From positions 311,191 through 375,190 of the forward strand of contig NZ_WIBF01000002.1 of assembly GCF_009496005.1 (NCBI RefSeq): a stretch of 64,000 nt of DNA, given 5' to 3'. A program made the position numbers and the translations under genes. Positions 1-9,046 of this stretch are shown one piece after another. The DNA is from Tritonibacter litoralis. GTDB taxonomy: Bacteria > Pseudomonadota > Alphaproteobacteria > Rhodobacterales > Rhodobacteraceae. The notes beneath the pieces are model-generated. The model was not told the origin of the DNA and did no database searches. It saw only the letters and a list, made by a program, of their open reading frames with translations. Within the stretch, counting starts at the first letter, position 1. Each line of letters opens with the position of its first letter.

Positions 1-17
1 CTGTTCTGCGCTCAGGC

Positions 18-536
18 TTAGCCTTTGGAAGGCGCCGGCGAGGTGAAGTTCGGGATCGTGTTACCCGATGCATCATTTGCTTCGATGCCAACCCAGTTGT
101 CTTCGGCCAGGTTGATGTTGCCCGGGATGTCTTCTTCCCAGAAAGTAACAACGTTTTTGGTGATGTTCAGGTACAGTTTGTCGTCAACGATGCGCCACAG
201 ATGCGGGTTCGCTGGAACTTTACCACCGCGGGATACACCATAGGCGCAGTGACCATCGTACTGCGGTGCGTAATGTGCCGGGTTGGATTTGAACAGGTCA
301 CGGTTTTCAGCGGACGCAAAGGCAAAGGTCGCGCCATTATATTCCGCAGTGTACTCGGACGAGCCAGGAACGGCCAGCGGCTGCGGTGTGCCAACTGCGT
401 TCGGGGTCAGCGAGCGATAGGCCACAACATCATAGCCAGAAACCGCAAAGCCGGTTTCGTCGATGTATTGGTCACCGGCAAAGGCAGGCACGGCCAGGGC
501 AAATGCCGCAACAGCGGCCAGAGCAAAACGTTTCAT
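18..536 (-). CDS. YHS-domain secreted protein (signal peptide MKRFALAAVAAFALAVPAFA)
   Basis: ORF translation has an N-terminal signal peptide and a Cys/His-containing domain resembling YHS-domain proteins, recalled from memory. The window edge may hide further upstream sequence. Confidence 0.45.
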   Translation of the reverse strand: MKRFALAAVAAFALAVPAFAGDQYIDETGFAVSGYDVVAYRSLTPNAVGTPQPLAVPGSSEYTAEYNGATFAFASAENRDLFKSNPAHYAPQYDGHCAYGVSRGGKVPANPHLWRIVDDKLYLNITKNVVTFWEEDIPGNINLAEDNWVGIEANDASGNTIPNFTSPAPSKG

Positions 537-859
537 TTCAGCGTCCTTCTTTCAGATGCGTCAGGGTCTAACTTCAATTTCCTAAAACCGAGCCAACGGC
601 TCGCGATATCATGAAAGAACAATATGCGGTTTGTCACAGATGCGAAGGGGGGCTCACAGCTCTGTGTCCCCCCAAGAGCGCTTGTGAGGATTTCGTAATA
701 TGTGTGCTGCAGCATTTTGATGTGAGCGAGAACAAATTTTTGCGAAATCGCTTGGACAAAGCTTCCAGTCATTGGAATTTTCAGCACAGTGCCTATGTGA
801 GAATAGGCGCCGCCACGGGTTGCGCGCAACACAGACAGGGTTTCAAGAAAGCGAACACG

Positions 860-1732
860 ATGACAGACACATATACCCCTCCGAAGGTCTGGACCTGGGA
901 CGCGGAAAACGGCGGTAAATTCGCCAGCATCAACCGCCCCATCTCTGGCCCGACCCATGACAAAGAGCTGCCCGTTGGGGACCATCCTTTCCAGCTCTAC
1001 TCGCTGGCAACGCCAAATGGCGTCAAAGTGACTGTCATGCTTGAAGAACTGCTGGAAGCTGGTCACAGCGGCGCGGAATATGATGCGTGGTTGATCAAAA
1101 TCGGGGACGGCGACCAGTTCGGTTCTGGCTTTGTCGAGGTGAACCCGAACTCAAAAATCCCAGCCTTGATGGATCACAGTGGCGACGCACCTGTGCGTGT
1201 CTTTGAAACCGCTTCTATCCTGGTGCATCTGGCTGACAAATTTGGAGCGTTTCTGCCCAAAGACGGGTCCGCGCGTACCGAAGTAATGAACTGGTTGTTC
1301 TGGCAAATGGGCTCGGCCCCTTACCTTGGCGGCGGCTTTGGCCATTTTTATGCCTATGCGCCAGAGAAGTTTGAATACGCCATCAACCGCTTCACCATGG
1401 AAATCAAGCGCCAACTGGATGTTTTGGACAAGCAACTGGCCAACAACACCTATATCGCGGGTGAAGAGTATACGATCGCCGATATGGCAATCTGGCCGTG
1501 GTATGGCGCTGTGGTTCTGGGCACACTCTATGATGCGGCAGAGTTCCTGGACGTAGAATCCTATCCAAACCTGATGCGTTGGGCAAAACAGATCGCAGAA
1601 CGCCCGGCCGTTCAACGGGGCCGTATGGTGAACCGCAGCTGGGGCGAGTTGAGCGAGCAGCTGCATGAACGCCACTCCGCTGCTGATTTTGAAACCAAAA
1701 CGCAGGACAAGCTGGAAAGCGAAGAAGCGTAA
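860..1732 (+). CDS. yghU: glutathione-dependent disulfide-bond oxidoreductase, Nu-class GST (YghU-like)
   Basis: Near-colinear similarity to E. coli YghU from memory (KVWTWD..NRP.SGPTH, VNPNSKIPAL, AINRFTMEIKRQLDVLDKQLA, IADMAIWPWYG). In-frame ATG at 860; the ORF-track start at 611 is upstream extension. Confidence 0.8.
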   Translation: MTDTYTPPKVWTWDAENGGKFASINRPISGPTHDKELPVGDHPFQLYSLATPNGVKVTVMLEELLEAGHSGAEYDAWLIKIGDGDQFGSGFVEVNPNSKIPALMDHSGDAPVRVFETASILVHLADKFGAFLPKDGSARTEVMNWLFWQMGSAPYLGGGFGHFYAYAPEKFEYAINRFTMEIKRQLDVLDKQLANNTYIAGEEYTIADMAIWPWYGAVVLGTLYDAAEFLDVESYPNLMRWAKQIAERPAVQRGRMVNRSWGELSEQLHERHSAADFETKTQDKLESEEA

Positions 1733-1802
1733 GCTTTTCGCTCGAGCAGGTTCGCTCGCAAAGGACAGTCCTGTACCGCCCACATAGCGCTCCCGCGCCC
1801 GC

Positions 1803-1875
1803 GAGACGGGTGATGTTATCACCCGTCTCTGGCGGCCTTGGGCGTAGCGCCGCGCCAAAGGCGCGGCGCTACGCC
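1803..1875. terminator. two adjacent perfect GC-rich inverted repeats (12-bp stem 1803-1829; 16-bp stem 1841-1875) between convergent yghU and sseB
   Basis: gagacgggtgat-gtt-atcacccgtctc and ggcgtagcgccgcgcc-aaa-ggcgcggcgctacgcc read directly. Likely bidirectional intrinsic terminators without a U-tract. Confidence 0.5.
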
Positions 1876-1985
1876 CAACGGGAAGACGCTTTTGCAAAAA
1901 AGCGGATGACGGGCGGGAGAGCCTCTCTGTTGTGGGCACTTGATCACAACACGTGGTAACCCCACCACAATCCGAACGCCTCAAC

Positions 1986-2777
1986 TTATCGCAAACGCGG
2001 TGGCTTGTCTGGATCGCTGCCCGGTTTGCTTGGCACCTGACCCAATGGCTCAACGGGTTTGGGCAACTCAAAACGCAAACCCACACGGGCCAGTTTTCCT
2101 GCAATCTCGTCACTTGCCGCAAAAAAACCAACATCTAAAGCCCCGGCTTCAATGCCAGAAAATGTCAGAGCTTCAGAGACAGCCTGTGCCAAGGCAGGTT
2201 CCGCGCCGGATTGCGCATTCACAAACCCCAGCAAATGCCCTTGGCCGCCGCCTTCATAATGCAGTCCAACAAGATAGGCGTTCTCTGCCAGTCCAGCTGC
2301 TGTGGTCAGTTTTGCGTCAAGCGCTGTCAGAAGGACTTCGGGCAAACCGGCCGGTGCCAGAATCTCTTCCACCCCCGCCTCAACCTCTTCTGGATTGTGC
2401 TCCAGCGTCTGGCGCAGCCATTCCAGAGCATCAGGGGGCACCAGCATCTCAGACGGGGCGACATCCAGATTGACGCCCAGCCCAATGCCGGATCCTGATA
2501 ACATCTGTACAATCATCCGCCCTGAGAGCGATGCATAAGGCACAATTCGGCTCGCAAACTCCGCGAGGCGCTCTTCACGGTCGAAGACCAGCACAAATTC
2601 ACCTTCCTCGGTGGGAAAGACTTCGGGCTGGATTTTTTCACCTTCCGGTTCGGCCCCCAGCAACAAGAACAGCTCACTGTCGGCCAACCGCTCAAAAAAC
2701 CGCAGCCGTGCTGCCTCATCCTGCGGTGCGGCCTCCATGGCTGCATGTGCCAGATCCAACGCCGTTTGTTCCGTCAT
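1986..2777 (-). CDS. SseB family protein
   Basis: Translation MTEQTALDLAHAAMEAAPQDEAARLRFFERLADSELFLLL...; start ATG at 2775-2777 overlaps the upstream gene stop (ATGA). Confidence 0.55.
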   Translation of the reverse strand: MTEQTALDLAHAAMEAAPQDEAARLRFFERLADSELFLLLGAEPEGEKIQPEVFPTEEGEFVLVFDREERLAEFASRIVPYASLSGRMIVQMLSGSGIGLGVNLDVAPSEMLVPPDALEWLRQTLEHNPEEVEAGVEEILAPAGLPEVLLTALDAKLTTAAGLAENAYLVGLHYEGGGQGHLLGFVNAQSGAEPALAQAVSEALTFSGIEAGALDVGFFAASDEIAGKLARVGLRFELPKPVEPLGQVPSKPGSDPDKPPRLR

Positions 2778-3373
2778 TCGCCCATCGCTTCCTTTACCCG
2801 CGCCCGCAAGGCAGGCAACACTTCTTCCCCGAACCAGGGATTTTTTCTGAGCCAAGCCGTATTGCGCCAGGACGGATGTGGCAAGGGGAAGACGTCCGGC
2901 CCAATGTCCCGCCAATTGCGCACGGTCTCTGTCACCGAGCCGCGCAGCTTGAGGTGAAACTTTTGCGCATAGCCGCCGACCAGAATGCGCAAGCGAATAT
3001 TTGGAAGCGTTTCGAACACCTTATCGTGCCACAAGCGTGCGCATTGCGGCGGCGGCGGCAGGTCTGAGCCTTTTGCGTTATAACCTGGAAAACAAAAGGC
3101 CATCGGCACCACAGCAACCCGGCTTAGTTCATAAAACTGATCCGGCGACATGCCCAACCACGCGCGCAGCCTGTCACCCGAGGCATCCGCAAAGGGGCGT
3201 CCAATTTCATGGACCCGCAATCCGGGCGCTTGTCCCGCGATCAAGATCCGTGCGGAGGAGCGAAACCACACCACCGGATTTGGCCTGTGACCTGTGTGTG
3301 TGGCAGCAAAGCGGTCCGCGCAGGCTCGGCAAGCAGCGATCTCTGAGACCAAGGGATCCGCATTGTCCTGCAT
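2774..3373 (-). CDS. uracil-DNA glycosylase family protein
   Basis: GQAPG motif and HPSW..NP motif typical of UDG-superfamily proteins. 4-nt overlap with sseB suggests an operon. Confidence 0.55.
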   Translation of the reverse strand: MQDNADPLVSEIAACRACADRFAATHTGHRPNPVVWFRSSARILIAGQAPGLRVHEIGRPFADASGDRLRAWLGMSPDQFYELSRVAVVPMAFCFPGYNAKGSDLPPPPQCARLWHDKVFETLPNIRLRILVGGYAQKFHLKLRGSVTETVRNWRDIGPDVFPLPHPSWRNTAWLRKNPWFGEEVLPALRARVKEAMGE

Positions 3374-3704
3374 TCGTCAAGCTCCAACCTCTTGCGTGGT
3401 GTCGGCTGGACTATGCCAAGGATCATTCTGGATGAAACCGCAAAACCGCAGGAGATCACGAGCCTGTGTAGCAGACAATGTCGGCCCGATCCTTTCCCAG
3501 CCGTTCCCTCCACGCGCTGAATGTGACAAAAGGGTTAATGGGGCGTTGAAATATTTGGCGAGAATTGGACATAATAAAAACAAATTCGCCTTATAACTGG
3601 TTAACTGTCTGCGGCTACTCTCCACCAAGAGAGAGTCTGTCCAACGGTCAGAACACCTTCAATAGCCCCAGACGGGACGATCAGAGCAGTATCGGGCATG
3701 GCAC

Positions 3705-4364
3705 ATGCTGGAGTTTGAAAACGTAAGCAAGTCCTTCTGGACGGGCCAACAGCGCAAGGTGATCCTTGACCGCGTGTCGTTTCGCGTTGAACTCGGCAAT
3801 TCCATTGGCATTCTTGCCCCCAATGGCACAGGTAAAACCACACTTATCAATATGATGGCTGGGCTGGAAAAACCCGACGAAGGCACAGTCCGGCGCGGCT
3901 GCAAGGTGTCTTTTCCACTTGGATTTATGGGTGGCGTTGTCAGCCGGTTGTCGGCGATGGAAAACGCACGCTACATCGCCAAGCTTTATGGTCTGGATCC
4001 CGATTATGTGGAAGCCTATTGCCGTTGGCTGTGTGGCCTCGGCGAATATTTCGACCAGCCTGTGGGCACCTATTCTTCCGGCATGCGCGCGCGCTTCAAC
4101 TTCTCTTTGATGCTGGCGCTGGATTTTGACATCTATTTGATCGACGAGGGCATGCCGAGCACCACGGATGTGGAGTTTAACAAAAAGGCGGGTGCCATTT
4201 TGCAGGAACGTCTGGCCACCACGACAATTGTAATTGTGTCGCACCAGGCCAAAACCCTGGAAAAATTCGCGCGGTCCGCCGCTGTGCTGCTGGACGGGCA
4301 GCTTTATATGTTTGAAACCTTGGAAGAAGCGAAGCAGCTCTATGACTATGAAACCCAAGGCTAA
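3705..4364 (+). CDS. kpsT: capsule polysaccharide export ABC transporter ATP-binding protein KpsT
   Basis: Walker A NGTGKTT, signature YSSGMRARF, Walker B IYLIDEG. Overall colinear with E. coli KpsT, recalled. Confidence 0.8.
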   Translation: MLEFENVSKSFWTGQQRKVILDRVSFRVELGNSIGILAPNGTGKTTLINMMAGLEKPDEGTVRRGCKVSFPLGFMGGVVSRLSAMENARYIAKLYGLDPDYVEAYCRWLCGLGEYFDQPVGTYSSGMRARFNFSLMLALDFDIYLIDEGMPSTTDVEFNKKAGAILQERLATTTIVIVSHQAKTLEKFARSAAVLLDGQLYMFETLEEAKQLYDYETQG

Positions 4365-6012
4365 AAAGTTCAGAATTCGCCGCTCTGCCTCTTCTGCAGC
4401 GCCGCCGGAGGCTGCAACACCACGTGCAGTGCCGGGACCGCCGTCTGCTGCGTCGACGCCCCAAATGGATCCTTCTGCGCCACAAGGCACGAACGCAGGA
4501 CCAGAGCAATCACAGGCAAGCGGCAACAAAGTCATGGCCGGCATGGTCAGCAGCCGCCGCGAGACCAATATGGACACCGATCTGGACGCCATTCGCAAAG
4601 AAGGGCTGACAGGGCGTCAGCTGCGTATGGCGCGGCGATTGGCGCAAAAACACGGGCTCTCGCCGACCTCGGATTTTGACGCCGTGCGCCTGTTGCGCAC
4701 CAAGGGGATCGACCCGTTTCAACATGCCAATATGTTGGAGCTGGTGGTTCCTAAGAACGAAGCGCAGCCCGCAGGCGTCCCGACGGCACCGGGCACGGTG
4801 CAACTGCCACAGACCATTCCCGCGGGTAAAACCACGCTGCCATCAACCGAGCTGAGCCCCGCCGAGCGACGCGCGCGTGAAATCCGCGAAATCCAGCGCG
4901 ACATCGGTCGCCGCCGTCGCCGTCGTCTGGGCCTGCTCCTTGGACGGCTGAGCTTTTTCGTCTTTGCTCCCACAATTGTGGCCGGGTATTATTATTACTC
5001 GGTCGCCACGCCGATGTATTCCTCCAAATCTGAGTTTCTGGTTCTGAAAGCCGACAGCGCGTCAGGCGCTGTGGGCGGGCTGTTCAGTGGCACGCAGTTT
5101 GCCACCAGCCAGGATTCGATCGCAGTCCAAAGCTATCTGGAATCCAAAGAGGCGATGCTGCGCCTGGACGATGAGATTGGATTTGCCACGCATTTCAAAC
5201 AGGAATGGATCGACCCGATCCAAAGGCTTAATCCCGAGGCCAGCAATGAAGAGGCCTATAAAACCTACGGGCGCAACGTTAAAATTGGCTATGACCCGAC
5301 CGAAGGCGTGGTGCGCATGGAGGTCACAGCCGCCGATCCAGACGTTGCAGCGGCCTTTTCGCGCCAGCTGATCTCTTATGCGCAGGAACGTGTGAACAAC
5401 CTGTCGCAGCAAAAACGACGCGATCAGATGGCGGATGCCGAAGCCACCCTGTCTGATGCTGAAGCCAAACGCCGCGAGGCCCAACAGCAACTGGTGATCC
5501 TGCAGCAACAGGGGTCCGTCCTTGACCCGGAAGGCGTGATCGCCTCGCTGCGGTCGCAAATCTCGACCTTTGAGCTGCAACTGCAGGAAAAACTTTTGGA
5601 ACTGGCCGCATTGCAGGACAACTCGCGCCCGAACCGCGCCAAAGTGGCTGGCGTGGAGGGGGATATAGCCCGATTGGAAGCCGTGATTGCGCAGTTGAAC
5701 TCCAAAATGCTTGACGCCTCTGCGGGCGAGAACTCATTGGCCAATCTACGGGTGCAGATCCAAATGGCCCAGGCGGATCTCGCAACCCGCGATCTGATCC
5801 TGCAGTCAGCCTTGCAACAAGTTGACACCACCCGCATGGAAGCCAACCGCCAGGTGCGGTATCTGACCACCTCGGTCGCGCCGGTTGCAAGCGAAGAACC
5901 GTCATATCCGAGGAAGTTTGAAAATACGGTTTTGGCCTTCTTGATCTTTTCCGGTATTTATCTGATGTGCAGCCTGACTGCATCCATTCTCCGAGAACAG
6001 GTCTCATCGTAA
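4342..6012 (+). CDS. kpsE: capsule polysaccharide export inner-membrane protein KpsE (PCP-3 family) with a ~200-aa Pro/Ala-rich N-terminal extension
   Basis: C-terminal 350 aa resemble KpsE: N-terminal TM helix FFVFAPTIVAGYYYY, long coiled-coil, C-terminal TM. Start MTMKPKAKKF at 4342 overlaps the kpsT end; a later Met start is possible. Confidence 0.65.
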   Translation: MTMKPKAKKFRIRRSASSAAPPEAATPRAVPGPPSAASTPQMDPSAPQGTNAGPEQSQASGNKVMAGMVSSRRETNMDTDLDAIRKEGLTGRQLRMARRLAQKHGLSPTSDFDAVRLLRTKGIDPFQHANMLELVVPKNEAQPAGVPTAPGTVQLPQTIPAGKTTLPSTELSPAERRAREIREIQRDIGRRRRRRLGLLLGRLSFFVFAPTIVAGYYYYSVATPMYSSKSEFLVLKADSASGAVGGLFSGTQFATSQDSIAVQSYLESKEAMLRLDDEIGFATHFKQEWIDPIQRLNPEASNEEAYKTYGRNVKIGYDPTEGVVRMEVTAADPDVAAAFSRQLISYAQERVNNLSQQKRRDQMADAEATLSDAEAKRREAQQQLVILQQQGSVLDPEGVIASLRSQISTFELQLQEKLLELAALQDNSRPNRAKVAGVEGDIARLEAVIAQLNSKMLDASAGENSLANLRVQIQMAQADLATRDLILQSALQQVDTTRMEANRQVRYLTTSVAPVASEEPSYPRKFENTVLAFLIFSGIYLMCSLTASILREQVSS

Positions 6013-6015
6013 GAT

Positions 6016-6849
6016 ATGAAACACATCGACATCGCCGGTATCACCCTGGGCAATGATCAACCGCTGACCATCATTGCCGGTCCATGCCAATTGGAAAGCG
6101 CCGATCACGCGCAGATGATTGCCGGAACGCTGAAAGAGGCCTGCACCAAAGCCGGGGCGCAATATGTGTTCAAAGCCTCCTATGACAAGGCCAACCGCAC
6201 CTCCCTGTCGGGCAAGCGCGGCCTTGGCATCGACAAGGGTCTGGCGGTTCTGGATGGCATCCGCAAAGAATTTGACGTGCCCGTACTGACCGATGTCCAC
6301 ACCGAGGCGCAATGCGCCCTGGCTGCAGACGCTGCCGACATCCTGCAGATCCCCGCGTTTCTGTGCCGCCAGACCGACATGTTGCTGGCCGCCGGCAAAA
6401 CCGGCGCGGTCATCAACGTGAAGAAAGGTCAATTCCTGGCCCCGTGGGAGATGGAGAACATCACCACCAAAATCGAGAGCACCGGCAACGACAAGATTTT
6501 GCTGACCGAACGCGGTGCCTCCTTTGGCTATAACACGCTGGTGGCCGATATGCGGTCGCTGCCGATCATGGCGCAGACCGGATATCCCGTGGTGATGGAT
6601 GCCACCCATTCGGTACAACAGCCCGGCGGTCGCGGTGGTTCCTCTGGTGGACAGCGTGAATTTGCGCCGGTGATGGCCCGTGCAGCGGCGGCAATCGGCG
6701 TGGCCGCAATCTTTATTGAAACCCACCAGGACCCGGACAACGCGCCTTGTGATGGGCCGAACATGATCTACCTGGATCAAATGGCTGGCTTGATTGAGAC
6801 GCTGATGCAGCTGGACCAGATCGCCAAGGCTAAGCCGGTTGTAATCTAA
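6016..6849 (+). CDS. kdsA: 3-deoxy-8-phosphooctulonate (Kdo-8-P) synthase
   Basis: FKASYDKANRTS, LQIPAFLCRQTD, GAVINVKKGQF match KdsA throughout. Starts 3 nt after the kpsE stop. Confidence 0.85.
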   Translation: MKHIDIAGITLGNDQPLTIIAGPCQLESADHAQMIAGTLKEACTKAGAQYVFKASYDKANRTSLSGKRGLGIDKGLAVLDGIRKEFDVPVLTDVHTEAQCALAADAADILQIPAFLCRQTDMLLAAGKTGAVINVKKGQFLAPWEMENITTKIESTGNDKILLTERGASFGYNTLVADMRSLPIMAQTGYPVVMDATHSVQQPGGRGGSSGGQREFAPVMARAAAAIGVAAIFIETHQDPDNAPCDGPNMIYLDQMAGLIETLMQLDQIAKAKPVVI

Positions 6850-6898
6850 GGCTTATGTGACCTTGAGGGGTTTCGCCTGCCTGTGGCAGACGACCAGC

Positions 6899-6931
6899 GC
6901 GCCCGCCTTTGGCGGGCGCGATTGCGTTTTG
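6899..6931 (+). terminator. intrinsic terminator after kdsA
   Basis: cgcgcccgcc-tttg-gcgggcgcg hairpin followed by attgcgttttgg. Confidence 0.45.
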
Positions 6932-6978
6932 GGGCAACTTTGCGCGCGGATCCGAGACTCACGCGCGCTCTGAGTTGA

Positions 6979-8895
6979 TCAATTGCCGCCCAAAAGCCGC
7001 AACAGCTGCTCTTTGGCTTCCTGTTCAATCCGGTTTTTCAGCACGTCATTCAGATCCTGCTCTGGGGCAACTTCCGTATCCAGCTCCTCTGCGATCTTCT
7101 CGCGTAGCTGTTCTTTGGCCTCTTCCTTGATCTCGGTCTCAACGGCCTCCAGACGCGGACGCAGTGCCCCTTCCAGATCGGGGCGAATTTTCGGATCCGC
7201 CCAGGGGCCTGTGACTTTGACAGGGATCGTCAGGACTGTGTCACCATCGCCCAGCGTCGGTTTGAACGTGTAATCAAGCGCTTGCGCGCCCAGCATAATC
7301 TGACCGGCGCCGGTGACCTCGGCCCCTTTTATCTGCGCCAAAAGATCGCTGTTTTGCACAATACCATCCGCGATGGCAAAGCTGGCCGACAGGCTGTCAA
7401 ACACCGTGCTGCCGCCATTGCCGCCGCCGGACCGCATCAAGGCCTCAAGGTCGAAACCGGTATAGAAGCCTTTGCCAACTTCGAACCACCCTTGCCCGGA
7501 CAATGAATGTATGATCGCGTCCACGGAATTGCCGACGCCAAGGAATTTGACCTCTCCCAACAGCGCGCCGTTCATATTGTCGAACCCGGCCATTTGCCCC
7601 AGCGCTTGTTCCAGGCGGACACCGTCAAAGGACACTGAGCCACCAACCGACAGGCCACTGCGGTTGTTCGCCACCAGCTCTCCCGTGATCGTTCCACCAA
7701 AAGCGCGCATTGGCTGCATATCCAGCACAGCGCGAGACCGGTCGATCGTGACGGTCAACGCCGAAGCCCCAAGCGTCAGATCCCCGGCAGAGAGGCTGTC
7801 AAACCGTAGCCCGACCTGCGCATCCAACAGACCAAGCGCGCTGGCATCCAAATCCTCCTTTGGCCAGGTCGAAGCCGTGTCCCCGGACTGCGCTGCTGTC
7901 CCGGTATCAGAAGGCAGGGTCAGCGCATCTGCCGTCAACTGAGCCGTCAGTTTTGGACGTTCGCCAGCCGTGTTCAGATCCAAAGCGCCACGCAGCTGAT
8001 TGGTGCCAAGACCTGCAGTCATGTCCCGCAGGCTCAGCTGGCCTTCGCTTGTATAGGTCATGTCCGCCGCCAGCAGCGCGTTTGGACCCAGCCCGGCAGG
8101 AAGGGTTATGTCTTGTCCGACAGCGGCCAGCACAGCGTTGAGATCGGAGGCTTCAGCGGTCATCCGACCTTGTGCAGCGCCAGTCAGATCCGCATTCCCA
8201 TCAAATCGCGCCATGCCGCCTGGCGTCTCGATCGTCATGCCGACCGAGGCCACCATCCCATCAAGGAACTGTGCAAAGGTGCCGACCTCCCCCCGCATCC
8301 GGATCGGCGCGCCCGCGGGGCGCAGGGTCAGGTCGATATGGGCGGTGCCGTTTGGATCTGGCCAATCGGCCATCAGGTCGATCTGGGTCATCTCAACAGT
8401 GTCACCGCCAAAGGGCGCATATCGCATGCTGGCTCCTGTGAGGGCGATCCGCTCGACCGAAAATCCACGGTCTGTTTCGGTTTCAGGCCCAGAGGCTTCA
8501 TCGGCAGATGCAGTCTGCAAAACCCAGTTGCCGAGCCCATCGGCGCGCGTGCTGAGGTTCAGATGCGGCAAGATCGCAGACAGTTCAGTCACACGCACAT
8601 CACCGCGCAACAGATCCGCCGCAGCAAGGCCAATTGTCAGACGTTCAGCCCGCAGCATGGGTTCTGCGCCAGCCCATTCGGCATTGGACAGGGTCACCCC
8701 ATCCGCTTTCATTCCAAGGATCGGCCAGAAGGTAAATCGCACCGGCCCCGCAAAGGTCAGCTTGCGCCCTGTTTGCCGCTCCAACTGATCGGCGGCCAGA
8801 TTTGCAACCTTCTCTCCAGGAAGCAAAAGCACCACGCCCAAAAGCAAGGCCACTGCTACCAAAACTGCCGAAATTACGCGAATGATCAACCGCAT
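6979..8895 (-). CDS. AsmA family protein
   Basis: N-terminal membrane anchor MRLIIRVISAVLVAVALLLGVVLLL followed by a long Gly/Ala/Thr-rich beta-rich domain typical of the AsmA family. Confidence 0.65.
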   Translation of the reverse strand: MRLIIRVISAVLVAVALLLGVVLLLPGEKVANLAADQLERQTGRKLTFAGPVRFTFWPILGMKADGVTLSNAEWAGAEPMLRAERLTIGLAAADLLRGDVRVTELSAILPHLNLSTRADGLGNWVLQTASADEASGPETETDRGFSVERIALTGASMRYAPFGGDTVEMTQIDLMADWPDPNGTAHIDLTLRPAGAPIRMRGEVGTFAQFLDGMVASVGMTIETPGGMARFDGNADLTGAAQGRMTAEASDLNAVLAAVGQDITLPAGLGPNALLAADMTYTSEGQLSLRDMTAGLGTNQLRGALDLNTAGERPKLTAQLTADALTLPSDTGTAAQSGDTASTWPKEDLDASALGLLDAQVGLRFDSLSAGDLTLGASALTVTIDRSRAVLDMQPMRAFGGTITGELVANNRSGLSVGGSVSFDGVRLEQALGQMAGFDNMNGALLGEVKFLGVGNSVDAIIHSLSGQGWFEVGKGFYTGFDLEALMRSGGGNGGSTVFDSLSASFAIADGIVQNSDLLAQIKGAEVTGAGQIMLGAQALDYTFKPTLGDGDTVLTIPVKVTGPWADPKIRPDLEGALRPRLEAVETEIKEEAKEQLREKIAEELDTEVAPEQDLNDVLKNRIEQEAKEQLLRLLGGN

Positions 8896-9046
8896 AGGGA
8901 CCTCCTGCCACCTGTTGGGCCCAGCTTAGAAAGGGGGGCGGTGCAAGGCAATAACAGAGCGGTGATAAGACCCAAACAGAGCAAAAGAAAACGCCCCCCA
9001 ATGCGGGAGGCGTTCTGCGTTCTTCTTACGCTGAGGCGCGGGTGAC

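Noticed and set aside
3681-4598. 305-aa minus-strand ORF spanning kpsT
   Set aside because: Antisense to a clearly recognisable ABC ATPase. No domain signature.
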